DNA of 47,371 nucleotides from Candidatus Woesebacteria bacterium (lineage in GTDB: Bacteria > Patescibacteriota > Microgenomatia > UBA8517), in assembly GCA_020061305.1 (NCBI GenBank), contig JAGUYM010000014.1, positions 1 through 47,371 on the forward strand, given 5' to 3'. The notes below the pieces were generated by a model. It had not been told where the DNA came from, did not search any database, and saw only the letters and a program-made list of their open reading frames with translations. Of this stretch, positions 34,411-43,873 are shown one piece after another. How positions within the stretch are numbered: the first letter of the stretch is position 1; each line of letters opens with the position of its first letter. A program made the position numbers and the translations under genes.

Positions 34411-34495
34411 CGGAGGGTGCAGGATTTGAACCTGCGAAGGGACTGCTCCCTCGAGTTTTCGAAACTCGTGCAATAGACCGCTATGCGAACCCTCC
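34411..34495 (-). tRNA. tRNA-Ser(CGA)
   Basis: GGAGGGT/ACCCTCC acceptor, CGAGT-TT-CGA-AA-ACTCG, long variable arm; CCA not encoded. Confidence 0.95.
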
Positions 34496-34553
34496 AAATA
34501 TACACAATACCCGAAGAGGATGAGCATAAGTCTCTTATGCGAACCCTCCAAAT
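34482..34553. repeat. 18-bp direct repeat of the tRNA-Ser(CGA) 5' end
   Basis: TATGCGAACCCTCCAAAT at 34482-34499 and 34536-34553. Confidence 0.85.
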
Positions 34554-34554
34554 G

Positions 34555-34626
34555 TGTCCTCGATAGGAATTGAACCTATATCATAACTTCCGCAAAGTCA
34601 TGTTCTATCCGTTGAACTACGAGGAC
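34555..34626 (-). tRNA. tRNA-Arg(GCG)
   Basis: GTCCTCG/CGAGGAC acceptor, TGACT-TT-GCG-GA-AGTTA, ATAGG-TTCAATT-CCTAT. Confidence 0.93.
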
Positions 34627-34643
34627 ATATTTGTATTTTACTA

Positions 34644-35168
34644 TCATTGAGGCAATTTATTTGAAAACCAATTTATGACTTTATCAAGATTTGATGGTGG
34701 TATTTCTTCTTCAGAAAGATAATTTTTAAGTACTTTTTTAATTTCTTCTTTTGTTTCACTTTTAATAACAACTTCCATTCTATTTGGCAAAAATGATGTT
34801 TCCAAAATCAAAAGCTCTGTATCGTATCTTTTACTAAACCAAAACCTACCTAAATATTGCCACTCTGTTTTTGATCCCCCCACTTTTATGCCTTTATTGG
34901 TAATTTTATATTCAATATTTTCAGGCTCAACCGTACTCATTACATAATATAAAAATATGAGTGAAATTATTAAAATTACAGGCATAGCCCCTTCTGCCAA
35001 AAATAAAATCAAGCAAACAATCCCCGCAATTGATATTGCAGTTAAGTAAAACTGTTTATCTCTCCTTTTAAACGGCCTGCTGGGAGCAATCCATGTTATC
35101 AAATCTTTTTCCAATTCAGGTTTACTATTTTCTTTTAAAGGGCTATTTTCGGCAGTTTGAGATTCCAT
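34644..35168 (-). CDS. Two-TM hypothetical protein (DUF5673/PH-like C-terminus)
   Basis: True start MESQTA at 35168 (the longer ORF call overlaps a tRNA); WIAPSRPFKRR, YKITNKGI. Confidence 0.75.
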   Translation of the reverse strand: MESQTAENSPLKENSKPELEKDLITWIAPSRPFKRRDKQFYLTAISIAGIVCLILFLAEGAMPVILIISLIFLYYVMSTVEPENIEYKITNKGIKVGGSKTEWQYLGRFWFSKRYDTELLILETSFLPNRMEVVIKSETKEEIKKVLKNYLSEEEIPPSNLDKVINWFSNKLPQ

Positions 35169-35209
35169 AGATAAAATTATACCCCAAATTTGATATAATT
35201 GCCTAACTT

Positions 35210-35296
35210 GGTGGGGTCGCATAGTTGGTCCATTGCGGAGGTTTGCTAAATCTCTGAGCTGAAAGGCTCGCGCAGGTTCAAATCCTGTCCCCACCG
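35210..35296 (+). tRNA. tRNA-Ser(GCT)
   Basis: GGTGGGG/CCCCACC acceptor, GAGGT-TT-GCT-AA-ATCTC, long variable arm; TGATATAAT upstream. Confidence 0.95.
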
Positions 35297-35340
35297 CACA
35301 AGATTAGAATTTAGAGTTTAGAATTTTGGATTTGCATTAT

Positions 35341-35425
35341 GGAAGGTGGGCAGGACGGTAATGCGCGGGTCTTGAAAACCCGTGGGAGCAATCCCTAACA
35401 GGTTCGACCCCTGTACCTTCCGCCA
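35341..35425 (+). tRNA. tRNA-Ser(TGA)
   Basis: GGAAGGT/ACCTTCC acceptor, CGGGT-CT-TGA-AA-ACCCG, long variable arm, CCA. Confidence 0.94.
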
Positions 35426-35464
35426 CTCTTGGTATGGCCATTGTTACAATTAACGCACCACATT

Positions 35465-36076
35465 CTATCCTGCAATTGTTAGGCTTTTTATATTTTTAAA
35501 CCCGGCACTTTGAAGAACCTTTTTGGCTTCGTTTATAGTTGTTCCTGTTGTGTAAACATCATCGAATAAGACAAGTGGATAGTGATTAGATATAAAGTGA
35601 TTAGTGTTAACCGCAAAAACATTCTGGAGGTTTTTTCGCCTTTCATCTCCTTTTAATCCAACCTGGTGTCTTGTTTCTTTTGGTTTAACCAAAAGGTCTG
35701 GAATATATTTCCAACTCATTTCTTTAGCAATCTTTTCTCCTAAAATTTTCGTTTGGTTAAAGCCTCTAAAATTTTCTCTTGTTTTATGAAGCGGAATAGG
35801 CACTAAAACAATAGATTTAAGATTTAAAAATATAGATTTATTACTTTTTAAAACCCGAAGCGCGCAACCGACCAATTCATCAACCAAATCGTAGGCAAAC
35901 TTATATTTTAAGGCAATTATTGCCTTTCTGATCACACCTTTATATTCAAATATTGCAAAGTTGCCATTTCTATAACCGCAGGGTGTCACCCTGTGAATAC
36001 AATTCAAGCAAATATATTTGCCGTTTTGGCCACATTCAAGGCACTTCTTGGGGAAAATTAAATCCAAAAAACCCAT
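35465..36076 (-). CDS. comF: ComF family competence protein (zinc ribbon + PRTase)
   Basis: FPKKCLECG...CLNC, PIPLH...RGFNQ, LFDDVYTTGTT. Confidence 0.92.
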   Translation of the reverse strand: MGFLDLIFPKKCLECGQNGKYICLNCIHRVTPCGYRNGNFAIFEYKGVIRKAIIALKYKFAYDLVDELVGCALRVLKSNKSIFLNLKSIVLVPIPLHKTRENFRGFNQTKILGEKIAKEMSWKYIPDLLVKPKETRHQVGLKGDERRKNLQNVFAVNTNHFISNHYPLVLFDDVYTTGTTINEAKKVLQSAGFKNIKSLTIAG

Positions 36077-36081
36077 TTTTG

Positions 36082-36469
36082 TGGAGATGGAGGGAATCGA
36101 ACCCTCATCCGAAAAAACTTTAATTAAAATTTTCTACAAGCTTAGACAATTTATTATATGTCCTTTTTACTTAACCAATTGTCAGGACGGTAAAAAGTAA
36201 AGCTTTCTTTATTTCACTTTACGCCCGTAGCTAAAGGCGCAAAGCTACTTCCAATTTGGTTGACACCCTAAAAGTCCAGTTGGAATCCAGACTTTAGGAC
36301 GCTAAGTTTAGGCGTATGCAGGTGCGTAAGCATATGCATAACGCATATTGCTAAACATAGAAGCTAAAACTTGTGGTTTTGCTTTTAAGTTTTGATATAT
36401 TTTTACGAATTTATATCAAATTCGGCTTGCTTATTTTAAAAGAGCTTCCCGTCGAAACCGGTCATCCCC
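36082..36469 (-). ncRNA. ssrA: tmRNA; predicted tag (A)AKPQVLASMFSNMRYAYAYAPAYA* at 36382-36308
   Basis: 5' GGGGATGACCGGTTTCGAC, 3' GAGGGTTCGATTCCCTCCATCTCCA with G3-U pair; directly downstream of smpB. Confidence 0.95.
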
Positions 36470-36545
36470 ATGCCCCGCTTTGCGGGGAATTTCTAATTTT
36501 TAATTTTTAATCAATTTCAGATAACAAATGGCTAAAATCTAAAAA

Positions 36546-36980
36546 CTAATAATTATTTTTAAGTTGAGTTTGAATTTCTCTTTCTATGTCTTTTTTCTTC
36601 AAACTTTCCTTCTTCTCAAACTTTCTTTTGGGTTTACCAAGAACTAATTTCACCTTAATCCTCTTGCCTGAATTATACATCATGGTGGGCACAATTTGCA
36701 ATTTTTTCTGCTTTGTTTTAATTATTAATGAAAGTATCTCATTTTTATGCAAAAGAAGTTTCCTCATTCTAGTTGAATCATATTTTTGAACACCTTTGGC
36801 CGAAATATTTGCATTTATCAAGTAAGCTTCCTCGTTTAGAATTTTTACAAACGATTGAGACAAATCAATTCTATTATCTCTGAATGCCTTAGCCTCAATT
36901 CCAAGAAGCGAAACGCCAGCCTCAACCCTCTCGGGTAAAAGCTCGTAATCAAATCTTGCTCTTTTATTAAAAACTTTCAC
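36546..36980 (-). CDS. smpB: SsrA-binding protein
   Basis: NKRARFDY, EAGVSLLGIEAK, RKLLLHKNEI. Confidence 0.96.
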   Translation of the reverse strand: MKVFNKRARFDYELLPERVEAGVSLLGIEAKAFRDNRIDLSQSFVKILNEEAYLINANISAKGVQKYDSTRMRKLLLHKNEILSLIIKTKQKKLQIVPTMMYNSGKRIKVKLVLGKPKRKFEKKESLKKKDIEREIQTQLKNNY

Positions 36981-36984
36981 TCTA

Positions 36985-38349
36985 CTATTTTACCTCAAAC
37001 CACATAAGTTTGGTGCCCATTAAAACCACTGCTCTTTTATTTTCTTCCGAAACCACTAAGTCTGTTGCATTTTTAAGTCCATCATTTAAATACTGCATCA
37101 CAAATTTGCCTGTTTTATCTAGCACCACAATCCTTCCCGCTTCCCCATCCAAAATATAAACATATTTTAATTTTTCATTGGCATAAATTGCTTTTGGATT
37201 ATTTAAATTTTTGGGCATTCCTATATTTCCCAAGGATATTGAATTTCCATTTGTAAACTTTGAAACCTTACCGGTTGAAGAAAGTAACCAAATTGACCCA
37301 TCTATAGAAATATCAACCACATTTGAAAAATCTGCTTCAATTCCGGGGGCTAGCCAATCATTACCATTTCCAAATCCATTTGATGAACCGTTATATCTTA
37401 AAATTTTATTTTCTCCTTTTTTAACTTCATAAATATTCCCTGCATAGGCATAGGGGTAAGAATTTGAAAAATCATTTTCAATTTTTTTAGAATTATTGTC
37501 AGTTAATTCATAAAGGCCATCTTCTTTTGCCAAAAAAACTCTATCTTCATATGAGATGACCTTTTTAGTTCCTTTAATTTCATCTTCATTCCCAATAATT
37601 TCTGCCTTTTTGGTATCAATATTTACTTTTATAATTCTTGATTTATCTTTGTCCCAAATATACATTTCTTCCCCTGTTGAAGCAATTTCAACCCCCTTAA
37701 AATCATTTATCTGAAGCGTTAAGTCTAAAAATTCCTGGATATCAACTTTTACCTCACCCAATATCTCAATTTCTTTATCTTTAATATTTTGTAATAAATT
37801 ATTTAATTCATCGTTTTTATATTTTGCATCAACCAATCTATAAACTATATTTTTCGAGTCCAAAAACAACTCCCTTGATCTTTGTTTATCTGTTTCAAAT
37901 ATTTTTATTGCCTCATCATAATTTGATTTAGCTTTTTCAAATTCAATTAGGGCCTTTTGTTCAAAATCTTTTATTCCCTTTTGCCTTACACCAAGAACAA
38001 CACTTACCACCAAAAGAATTAAAAGAATAATCCCAGCAGTCAAGGTAGTTTTTTTACCTTGTGGAATTGCCTCATTAAACTGCTCTTGGGGTAAAAAAAG
38101 ATTGGCTTCTTCATCAACTTTTATTTCAAGTAAACCTAATTTATAAATATCTCCAACAAGAGCCTTTCCTGCTATTGTTTTTTCTTCATTTGTGGTTTCA
38201 AGAAGCGTATAGTCAATTCCACCTCTATTTAAAATAACTTTGTTGTATGGTTTAAGATGAATTGTTATTTTTTCGCCTAGTAATTCCAGACCGCCAACAT
38301 CTTCCAAATAATTTTGGTTTCTATTTGAAATTAATTTTAATTTTCTCAC
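36985..38349 (-). CDS. Single-TM protein with C-terminal NHL/beta-propeller domain
   Basis: One TM helix, coiled coil, DISIDGSIWLL and YILDGEAGRIVVLDKTG blades. Confidence 0.75.
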   Translation of the reverse strand: MRKLKLISNRNQNYLEDVGGLELLGEKITIHLKPYNKVILNRGGIDYTLLETTNEEKTIAGKALVGDIYKLGLLEIKVDEEANLFLPQEQFNEAIPQGKKTTLTAGIILLILLVVSVVLGVRQKGIKDFEQKALIEFEKAKSNYDEAIKIFETDKQRSRELFLDSKNIVYRLVDAKYKNDELNNLLQNIKDKEIEILGEVKVDIQEFLDLTLQINDFKGVEIASTGEEMYIWDKDKSRIIKVNIDTKKAEIIGNEDEIKGTKKVISYEDRVFLAKEDGLYELTDNNSKKIENDFSNSYPYAYAGNIYEVKKGENKILRYNGSSNGFGNGNDWLAPGIEADFSNVVDISIDGSIWLLSSTGKVSKFTNGNSISLGNIGMPKNLNNPKAIYANEKLKYVYILDGEAGRIVVLDKTGKFVMQYLNDGLKNATDLVVSEENKRAVVLMGTKLMWFEVK

Positions 38350-38555
38350 AATATAATTAAGGAAAAAATTAGGACAGCAATTGCAAAAAGGAAATGTGCA
38401 AAGCCCAAGAATTTAAGTTGTTTTTCAAATCCAACTTGAACAGTATTTGTCATAAGCTGGATTTGTCTGATTATTACAAACGCAAATATTGTATAAATTA
38501 CCAAAAATATAACTATAAAAATTTTAATAATTGGCCAAACTGAAAAAGTTATCAT
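38346..38555 (-). CDS. Small two-TM protein (DUF5657-like)
   Basis: YTIFAFVIIRQIQLM motif; overlaps both neighbours. Confidence 0.7.
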   Translation of the reverse strand: MITFSVWPIIKIFIVIFLVIYTIFAFVIIRQIQLMTNTVQVGFEKQLKFLGFAHFLFAIAVLIFSLIIL

Positions 38556-39214
38556 CTTATTCTCCCTTCCAAGACTTCGACTTGTTCTTCAGTTCTTAAG
38601 TCTTGCAAAACTTTAACCACATTATCGGGCTTAGGAACTGCCAAAAATTCAAAATTGGGTACTTCTGAGGCTGTTTGGACCAAAACATCCCCATAATTGA
38701 ATAGGGTTCTAATTACTCCTCCCATTTTATATGTTACATCCTGAATTTTATCAATTGAAGCGTCACTTACTTCTTTATAAATTAAATTATAAAAATCTAC
38801 ATCTATAATTCTTTCGTCGGTTACTATATAGGCATTAAAAAACCAAGTTAAAAAGCTTTCCAAAAAATAAGCAGTTGTAACTAAATACCAAACAAGCATA
38901 AAAATAAATTTGAAATTAGAAGGAACATCATCAAAAAGTGAAAGACCTGAAACTAAAAATGGGGCCAAAATCATAATTATTAAGATTAAAATCCAGGGTA
39001 CATTTGTTATCCAATGTTTCCTTAAAAAAAGAACAACTTTTTCCTCCGTTTCCATTGTCTCAAACTTCAAATTTTCGGGGCAAAAGATAATTGAGCCAAG
39101 TGGGTTATGGGGAAGAGATGGGAGGTCTTTATAAAAAGTTCTTTTATATTTTTTTTCAGTTTTATCTTTAATCTCCTTTGTTTCTTTTTGTTTTGCAGTA
39201 AAAATATCCGGCAT
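38552..39214 (-). CDS. Membrane protein with bacterial PH domain
   Basis: EKVVLFLRKHW, YIVTDERII, KIQDVT, NYGDVLVQTA. Confidence 0.85.
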   Translation of the reverse strand: MPDIFTAKQKETKEIKDKTEKKYKRTFYKDLPSLPHNPLGSIIFCPENLKFETMETEEKVVLFLRKHWITNVPWILILIIMILAPFLVSGLSLFDDVPSNFKFIFMLVWYLVTTAYFLESFLTWFFNAYIVTDERIIDVDFYNLIYKEVSDASIDKIQDVTYKMGGVIRTLFNYGDVLVQTASEVPNFEFLAVPKPDNVVKVLQDLRTEEQVEVLEGRIR

Positions 39215-39236
39215 TTATATAGTATATCAAACTTGA

Positions 39237-40991
39237 TTACCTTTTTTCGACATTAAACAGTGGGCCTACGATTTGAATATTAGCAGGGGCTCTTAGATTA
39301 AAATAGTTTTTAAAATCTTGTCCATCAAAACTTCTTCCATTGATAGTTACTGTGACCGTTCTACCACTCCCAAAATCAGCGCTTACTGATATATCAGAAG
39401 CACTATCAAGCGGAGTGATACCCCTACTCACCAATTCACTTTTAACTCGACCCATATCCCAGGTATCGGTTCCATCAGGATTCGGTTTGTCTATTTGTAC
39501 TAAATGTTTTTGAGTCGACCCATCTGCCTTAGCTAATAAAATTACATTTGCTATATCTGCAACTTCTTCCGGTTTTAACCAAGCTGTTTTATTATATTTA
39601 GACCTACTGCCCCAATCACAATAAAATGTTGGTGAGGACTTGTCATACGAGTTGTTAAACAAATCTGAAAAACTTCCAATTCCACCAGACGAATCGTTCA
39701 ATCTTTTTGTCCAACTTGTTGCCTTCCATCCAATATCAGCTGATGTGTATGCATAACCACCGTGTGTTGAAGAATACCAAGCTGTAATGGGTTTTCCACC
39801 GTTCGTCAAAACAATTCCTTTTGTAGCATCAACTGCTGCCTGCCAGATACCATTATTTATCTCTTTTTTGACAACCTGACAACTTTGGCTAGGGCAAATT
39901 GATTTTGAACCGTTATTTGTATAAGAAAGCGCATATGATCTTGCAGCTATTGCTTGAGCTTTTAAGGCGGCTGAATCTTTGGCTGTCCAGCTTGTTGGTA
40001 TTTCGTATATATGTTTTACATACTCTTCAATATTCCAATTGTCATTAAAAGATTGGCCAAATTCGTTTGTGCCAGAAACATGAATTGTTATTCCTGTGTC
40101 ATATCCTCTGGTTATGTCTGCATTGTAATAGGCTTTAAGAATTTCCTCATAGTCTTGGTTTGCCTCAGCCCTACCCTTTGCACCAAATTGATTCATGCCA
40201 ACTCTATTGGGAACACCAAAAGAAAAAAAAGCAATGGCGGGGGAAAATCCAGGACTTTTAAAAGGATCAATATCACTGGAGCAACCACCCTTCATGTTAT
40301 ATGCAGACCTTGAAAGACCTAATGACTCTAATTTTTGCGCAAGAAATGCATTTTGTTTTGCTGACAATGTCGCCAAATAATTTTCTACTTTTGCAACTTC
40401 AACTCCTAATGTTTTTACTTTTGCATCCAAATTGGATTTTGAAACAGCGAGAGAGGCCTTTGTTTTTTCAAGAGCTTGTTTATCTGATTCAAGTTTTTGT
40501 ATTTCATTTGCGTACTCCTCCATTTGTTTTCTATCAGAATCAGTTGCTTTTTGTCTAAAATTAATCTCTTTGAACGCTTGTGTTGCATCATCTGATACTA
40601 GAAATGGCATTAATGGATCATAAAGTCTTATAAACATATAGCTATTTTTCGTTTTCTCTTCAAAAAAAATCTTTGACTTACTAAGATCTACATCTCTTTT
40701 GTCGATGTTTAACTTTATATTTATAAGTTGTGAAGAAATCGAATCAATTTGTTTTTTTATTGAAGACACCTTATTGTTTAAGTCGGCCAATTCTTTCTTG
40801 TTTTGTTCATGTGCCGGAGCCAAGGCTGCAATATCTCTTTGTATTTTATCCGCACAGAATTGAGCATCATCAGGAGATAGTTTTGTGCTTGAATCATCGC
40901 AGTTTGGCTCTGCAAAAGCTTTTCCATACAAAAAAACGGACGAAACAATCAAAAAAAACACTATTGCTAATTTTATTTTAGAATTTATCAC
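39237..40991 (-). CDS. Secreted coiled-coil + SpoIID/LytB-domain peptidoglycan hydrolase
   Basis: Signal peptide, PcsB-like coiled coil, VGMNQFGA, ALKAQAIAARSYA, AVDATKG. Confidence 0.88.
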   Translation of the reverse strand: MINSKIKLAIVFFLIVSSVFLYGKAFAEPNCDDSSTKLSPDDAQFCADKIQRDIAALAPAHEQNKKELADLNNKVSSIKKQIDSISSQLINIKLNIDKRDVDLSKSKIFFEEKTKNSYMFIRLYDPLMPFLVSDDATQAFKEINFRQKATDSDRKQMEEYANEIQKLESDKQALEKTKASLAVSKSNLDAKVKTLGVEVAKVENYLATLSAKQNAFLAQKLESLGLSRSAYNMKGGCSSDIDPFKSPGFSPAIAFFSFGVPNRVGMNQFGAKGRAEANQDYEEILKAYYNADITRGYDTGITIHVSGTNEFGQSFNDNWNIEEYVKHIYEIPTSWTAKDSAALKAQAIAARSYALSYTNNGSKSICPSQSCQVVKKEINNGIWQAAVDATKGIVLTNGGKPITAWYSSTHGGYAYTSADIGWKATSWTKRLNDSSGGIGSFSDLFNNSYDKSSPTFYCDWGSRSKYNKTAWLKPEEVADIANVILLAKADGSTQKHLVQIDKPNPDGTDTWDMGRVKSELVSRGITPLDSASDISVSADFGSGRTVTVTINGRSFDGQDFKNYFNLRAPANIQIVGPLFNVEKR

Positions 40992-41033
40992 ATACTCATT
41001 ATATGGTAATATACAAGTTATACCAAATAAAAA

Positions 41034-41408
41034 ATGCGAAAAATAATATTAAGCTTATTTCTTTTTTTAGTTTTGACATTTAAGTTCTCAGTTTCCCCCG
41101 CCCATGCCCAGCTTGAATCTTGTGGCATTGATACTGCCATTGGTTGTATTCCTGTTGAAAACACTGATAGTTTTATGGGCTGGATATTGGGGTGGGCAAT
41201 TGGAGTTGGTGGTGGAATTGCATTTCTTTTAATTGTCTATGCCAGTTTTATGATAATGACTTCACAAGGTGACCCAACAAGGCTTAAGGCAGGCCAAGAA
41301 CTATTAACTTCTGCCATATCAGGCCTTATAATGCTAATATTCTCAGTCTTTATTTTGAAATTTATTGGGATTGATATACTTGGATTGGGAAATTTCGGAT
41401 TTAATTAA
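41034..41408 (+). CDS. VirB2/TrbC-like pilin 1
   Basis: TM-SQGDP-AGQELLTSAISGL-TM. Confidence 0.85.
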   Translation: MRKIILSLFLFLVLTFKFSVSPAHAQLESCGIDTAIGCIPVENTDSFMGWILGWAIGVGGGIAFLLIVYASFMIMTSQGDPTRLKAGQELLTSAISGLIMLIFSVFILKFIGIDILGLGNFGFN

Positions 41409-41409
41409 A

Positions 41410-41730
41410 ATGCAAAAATTAGCATCGCTTAGCAATATTGAAGCAAATGCAATACCCGAATTCAAATTTGGTATAAGTGGCCCACAAATGCCAGGTAGAG
41501 TTCTTGCGGCAATTTTACCGTACCTTTTTGGCATAGCTGGAATAGTCTTGGTTTTTATGTTAATTTCTGCAGGTTTTAAACTTATGACTTCAGCAGGTGA
41601 CCCTAAAGCCATGCAGGCTGCCCAGTCCAAAATCACAACATCAGTTTTAGGGATTGTTATTATGTTTGTTTCTTTTTGGATAGTTAAAATTATTTTACAG
41701 TTTTTTGGAATTGGTTTAACTTTATTTTAA
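41410..41730 (+). CDS. VirB2/TrbC-like pilin 2
   Basis: AGFKLMTSAGDPKAMQAAQSKIT; ATG at 41410. Confidence 0.85.
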   Translation: MQKLASLSNIEANAIPEFKFGISGPQMPGRVLAAILPYLFGIAGIVLVFMLISAGFKLMTSAGDPKAMQAAQSKITTSVLGIVIMFVSFWIVKIILQFFGIGLTLF

Positions 41731-41733
41731 ATT

Positions 41734-42060
41734 ATGTATAAATTAGCACAAGGTGTACCAATCGGAGATAAATTTATTGATTCGGCAAATTTAAAGGACC
41801 CACAAAATGTTGGTGGTGTGGTTAAGGCCTTAATTGGTGGATCAATTGCTGTTGCAGGAGTAATTTTACTTTTTATTTTGGTTTTGGGTGGAATTGGAAT
41901 GATAAGGGGGGCAGGTAAAAATGACCCCAAACAAATCGAGCAGGGAAAATCTGCTGCAACTGCAGCCCTAATTGGCTTTATTGTAGTCTTTACATCATAT
42001 TTCATAGTTAAATTGATTGAATCAATCACAGGACTGGATTTAATAGGCGGGGTGAATTAG
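41734..42060 (+). CDS. VirB2/TrbC-like pilin 3
   Basis: GGIGMIRGAGKNDPKQIEQGK...ALIG. Confidence 0.85.
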   Translation: MYKLAQGVPIGDKFIDSANLKDPQNVGGVVKALIGGSIAVAGVILLFILVLGGIGMIRGAGKNDPKQIEQGKSAATAALIGFIVVFTSYFIVKLIESITGLDLIGGVN

Positions 42061-42074
42061 AATAATTAAAGATT

Positions 42075-42410
42075 ATGCAAAATCCATTTGGAACAGTTGA
42101 TGTACCGCAAGGAGTATCAAACATTGGCACAGAGCCGGGGCCGGCGTTTGGCAAACTTATTCAATTTGGGCTTCGTGGCTTAATAGTTGTCGCAGGTCTT
42201 TATGCTCTATTTAACCTTGTTCTTGCAGGTTATTCTTTTATGTCAGCAGGTGATGATAGTAAAAAGGTTGCAGGAGCATGGGCTCAAATCTGGCAAACAA
42301 TGCTAGGGTTGGCAGTTTCAGCAGGAAGTTTTGTCCTCGCCGCCATCTTTGGACAGTTGTTATTTGGAAGATGGGACTTTTTATTAATGCCAAGTATCCC
42401 AACACCATAA
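42075..42410 (+). CDS. VirB2/TrbC-like pilin 4
   Basis: AGYSFMSAGDDSKKVAGAW...MLGL. Confidence 0.85.
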   Translation: MQNPFGTVDVPQGVSNIGTEPGPAFGKLIQFGLRGLIVVAGLYALFNLVLAGYSFMSAGDDSKKVAGAWAQIWQTMLGLAVSAGSFVLAAIFGQLLFGRWDFLLMPSIPTP

Positions 42411-42413
42411 AAT

Positions 42414-42788
42414 ATGAATAAACTTACACAAATAAATCTCTACGACGGTGGTGAATATAAAGGTTTTGGACCACTAGGTTTAGAATCAGGAAGCGCTAAT
42501 GCCGATGTAGTTTTTCAGAATTTCATATCTTCTGCTATTGGAATAATTAGTTTAGTTGCCGTTATTTGGTTTGTTTTTATCATTCTCATCGGAGGAATAT
42601 CCTATATGAACGCCGGCCCAGACCAAAAAACAACCGAGGGAGCGAGAAAGAGGATAACTAATGGGTTAGTCGGTCTAATTATTACCATTTTCGGAATATT
42701 TATCGTTAGACTTGCAGGAGAGATATTTAATATCCCTAATATATTGCAAGTACCAAGTTTACTTAACAATATACAAATCAAACCATAA
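42414..42788 (+). CDS. VirB2/TrbC-like pilin 5
   Basis: GGISYMNAGPDQKTTEGARKRITNGLVGL. Confidence 0.85.
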   Translation: MNKLTQINLYDGGEYKGFGPLGLESGSANADVVFQNFISSAIGIISLVAVIWFVFIILIGGISYMNAGPDQKTTEGARKRITNGLVGLIITIFGIFIVRLAGEIFNIPNILQVPSLLNNIQIKP

Positions 42789-43169
42789 ATGACAAACAAT
42801 TTACTTGCAGGGGCAGCGCCAGCCGGAGGTGGAGGTATAACAAATCCCATTTTTAACCCCACTTATACACAAACACTTATGAATGTAGATGGTGGAAGCG
42901 GATTTCTTGCTATTTTTATTCCCCCAATAATAGGGATTTTGTTTGTTTTCGGAGCATTGGCATTTTTCTTCATGTTTGTTTGGGGGGCAGTTACTTGGAT
43001 TCTTTCTGGTGGAGACAAGGCTCATGTTGAATCTGCTAAAGGCAGGATTACTAATGCATTAATTGGAGTGGTTTTGTTATTATCTTCGTTTGCTATCATT
43101 GGATTGATTGAAACATTTTTCGGGGTTAACATTTTAACTATTGACATAGGTCCATTGGTTATTCAATAA
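42789..43169 (+). CDS. VirB2/TrbC-like pilin 6
   Basis: GAVTWILSGGDKAHVESAKGRITNALIG. Confidence 0.85.
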   Translation: MTNNLLAGAAPAGGGGITNPIFNPTYTQTLMNVDGGSGFLAIFIPPIIGILFVFGALAFFFMFVWGAVTWILSGGDKAHVESAKGRITNALIGVVLLLSSFAIIGLIETFFGVNILTIDIGPLVIQ

Positions 43170-43182
43170 TACTTATAGATAT

Positions 43183-43539
43183 ATGAAAAATTTACTTGCT
43201 GACTCAATGCTTTTGGCACAAATTAACCTCAAACAGCAGGCTGGACAGTTTAGCGATGCCACCAACTTGACAGTTGAGGACATTGTAGGGGGGTTTTTGA
43301 GATTAATCTTAGTTGTTGCTGGTTTAGTATTCTTTTTTATTTTGGTTATTGGGGGTATAAAATGGATTATGTCGGGTGGTGATAAAGCACACACAGAAGG
43401 AGCAAGGAACCAAATTACAGCAGCTTTGGTAGGTTTAGTTATTGTTTTTTCTGCGTGGGCGATAGTAGAGTTAATTAGAGTATTCTTTGGAGTTAATCTT
43501 TTCGAATTAAAAATTCCGAGCGCGGTTACTGGTCAATAA
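43183..43539 (+). CDS. VirB2/TrbC-like pilin 7
   Basis: GGIKWIMSGGDKAHTEGARNQITAALVGL. Confidence 0.85.
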   Translation: MKNLLADSMLLAQINLKQQAGQFSDATNLTVEDIVGGFLRLILVVAGLVFFFILVIGGIKWIMSGGDKAHTEGARNQITAALVGLVIVFSAWAIVELIRVFFGVNLFELKIPSAVTGQ

Positions 43540-43582
43540 TCTTCACTTGTTGAAAATTCAGATTTAAGCTAGAATTGTTGTT

Positions 43583-43867
43583 ATGCAAGATCCACCTACA
43601 TTACAGAAATTAGAGGATGTTTTTGGAAATTTGGTATCCACTCTTGTTGCAATTGGTGCATTTGGGCTTTTAATAATGCTTTTATGGGGCGGGTTTAAAT
43701 ATTTATCATCAGGAGGCGACCAAAAGGCCACTGAAAGTGCCAGAAACACCATAACCTATGCAATTGGTGGGTTTATATTTTTGGCAGGATCATATATGGT
43801 TTTAAAAATAATTGAGGGAATTACAGGTGTATCAAACATTACCAACTTTACAATTTTCAAAAACTAA
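43583..43867 (+). CDS. VirB2/TrbC-like pilin 8
   Basis: GGFKYLSSGGDQKATESARNTITYAIGG. Confidence 0.85.
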   Translation: MQDPPTLQKLEDVFGNLVSTLVAIGAFGLLIMLLWGGFKYLSSGGDQKATESARNTITYAIGGFIFLAGSYMVLKIIEGITGVSNITNFTIFKN

Positions 43868-43873
43868 TGCCAA

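Noticed and set aside
33551-34551. ORFs 33551-33817, 33640-34044 and 34294-34551
   Set aside because: Shadow frames over tRNA genes and the NUDIX gene.
35169-35294. N-terminal extension of ORF 34644-35294
   Set aside because: It is the antisense of tRNA-Ser(GCT); the real start is 35168.
35304-35334. TTTAGA(A/G) heptamer-like repeats between tRNAs; similar AT-rich run near 36490-36515
   Set aside because: Short, degenerate and low-complexity; no spacer structure.
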